Source of the DNA: Carcharhinus amblyrhynchos
Lineage: Eukaryota
Direction of reading: 5' to 3'
Assembly (NCBI GenBank): GCA_965287045.1
Contig: OZ336882.1
Coordinates: forward strand, 48,236,001-48,300,000
Length of the DNA stretch: 64,000 nucleotides
Both the position numbers and the translations under genes were made by a program. Below are positions 63,318-64,000 of the stretch, one piece after another. The notes under the pieces are model-generated. The model searched no databases, was not told the DNA's origin, and saw only the letters and a list, made by a program, of their open reading frames with translations. Numbering within the stretch: the first letter of the stretch is position 1; each line of letters starts with the position of its first letter.

Positions 63318-63479
63318 AGTAAGAAGTCTCACAACATCAGGTTAAAGTCCAACCAGTTTTTGATAGTAAACCCACAAGTTTATAAAATTTACTATCAAAT
63401 AAACTGGTTAGACTTTAATCTGGTGTTATGAGGCTTCTTACTGTGTTTACCCCAATCCAACATTGGCATCTCCACATCG
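63318..63479. mobile_element. Short Penelope-derived fold-back element
   Basis: About 54-bp inverted arms around a 17-nt spacer, tail ccccaatccaacattggcatctccacatc, TSD TCTCTGCTGC (63308-63317, 63480-63489). Confidence 0.85.
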
Positions 63480-64000
63480 TCTCTGCTGCTGCAGAGTTAC
63501 TTCACTGCTCTATCTTCAGTCCTACTATGTCCTATTACGGGGTTCTCTATGACAGTCAGATTAGCTGCATGATCTTCCCTGCCACCTTAGGACTTTCTCT
63601 CTCCTGTTAGCCTGGTCAAACCTTGCCTGGAAAAACAAAGATTCAGAGTGAGATTGGTGCAGCTGGATAAGGGATGTAACATTAATGGGGAAAGCTGGAG
63701 GCAGAAGAGATGCCATTAAGTAGATAATGGAGGGAAAATGATGGAGCTGTAAAGGAGAATAGGCAGCGGCAAAGGAAGTGAGCTGGGTAAGCAAGCAACA
63801 GGAGACAGGAGAAGAGGCAAGTAGGGAATAGCAAGGAAGTTAAAGGGGAATCGTTAAAGGGACGGTAGGGATATGGTAGGATAAAGAGACAAAAAAAGGG
63901 AGAAAATAGAGAGAAGAATGGAATGTCAGTGGGAAAAACGTAAATCGGCAAAGGGGCAGTAGTAGTACAAGTGGACAATAGACAGGACGAGTTGAAGAGA

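Noticed and set aside
1-64000. Prokaryotic systems (operons, CRISPR arrays, defence islands)
   Set aside because: Spliceosomal exons and vertebrate LINE/SINE content; no regularly spaced repeat-spacer array
63640-64000. Purine-rich tract with a hydrophobic minus-strand ORF
   Set aside because: Low-complexity composition explains the ORF; probably an old repeat that I cannot classify

Overview
This is vertebrate nuclear DNA, not prokaryotic. The repeat content (CR1/HER1-type LINEs, HE1/V-SINEs, a Deu-domain SINE) points to a shark. The only protein-coding gene I can support directly is sideroflexin-1 (SFXN1) on the minus strand. Its last seven coding exons lie between 54775 and 41867, have canonical GT-AG sites and join in frame; its 5' exons lie beyond the window. 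A CpG island at about 20.1-20.8 kb looks like the promoter and non-coding first exon of a second, unidentified minus-strand gene. It carries two TGACGTGG (UPRE/CRE-type) sites, a CCAAT box and a GC box, and its coding region would lie left of the window. Much of the rest is transposon-derived. The most interesting element is a Penelope-like (GIY-YIG) family present as five fold-back insertions, each with a 10-12 bp target-site duplication and a fixed terminal tail. The three longer copies carry minimal type-I hammerhead ribozyme motifs, one with an intact core at 24751-24787. A second hammerhead-bearing repeat family is also present. Repeat boundaries are approximate and family names come from recognition, not database search. 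Almost all ORFs in the supplied track are transposon remnants or chance frames.
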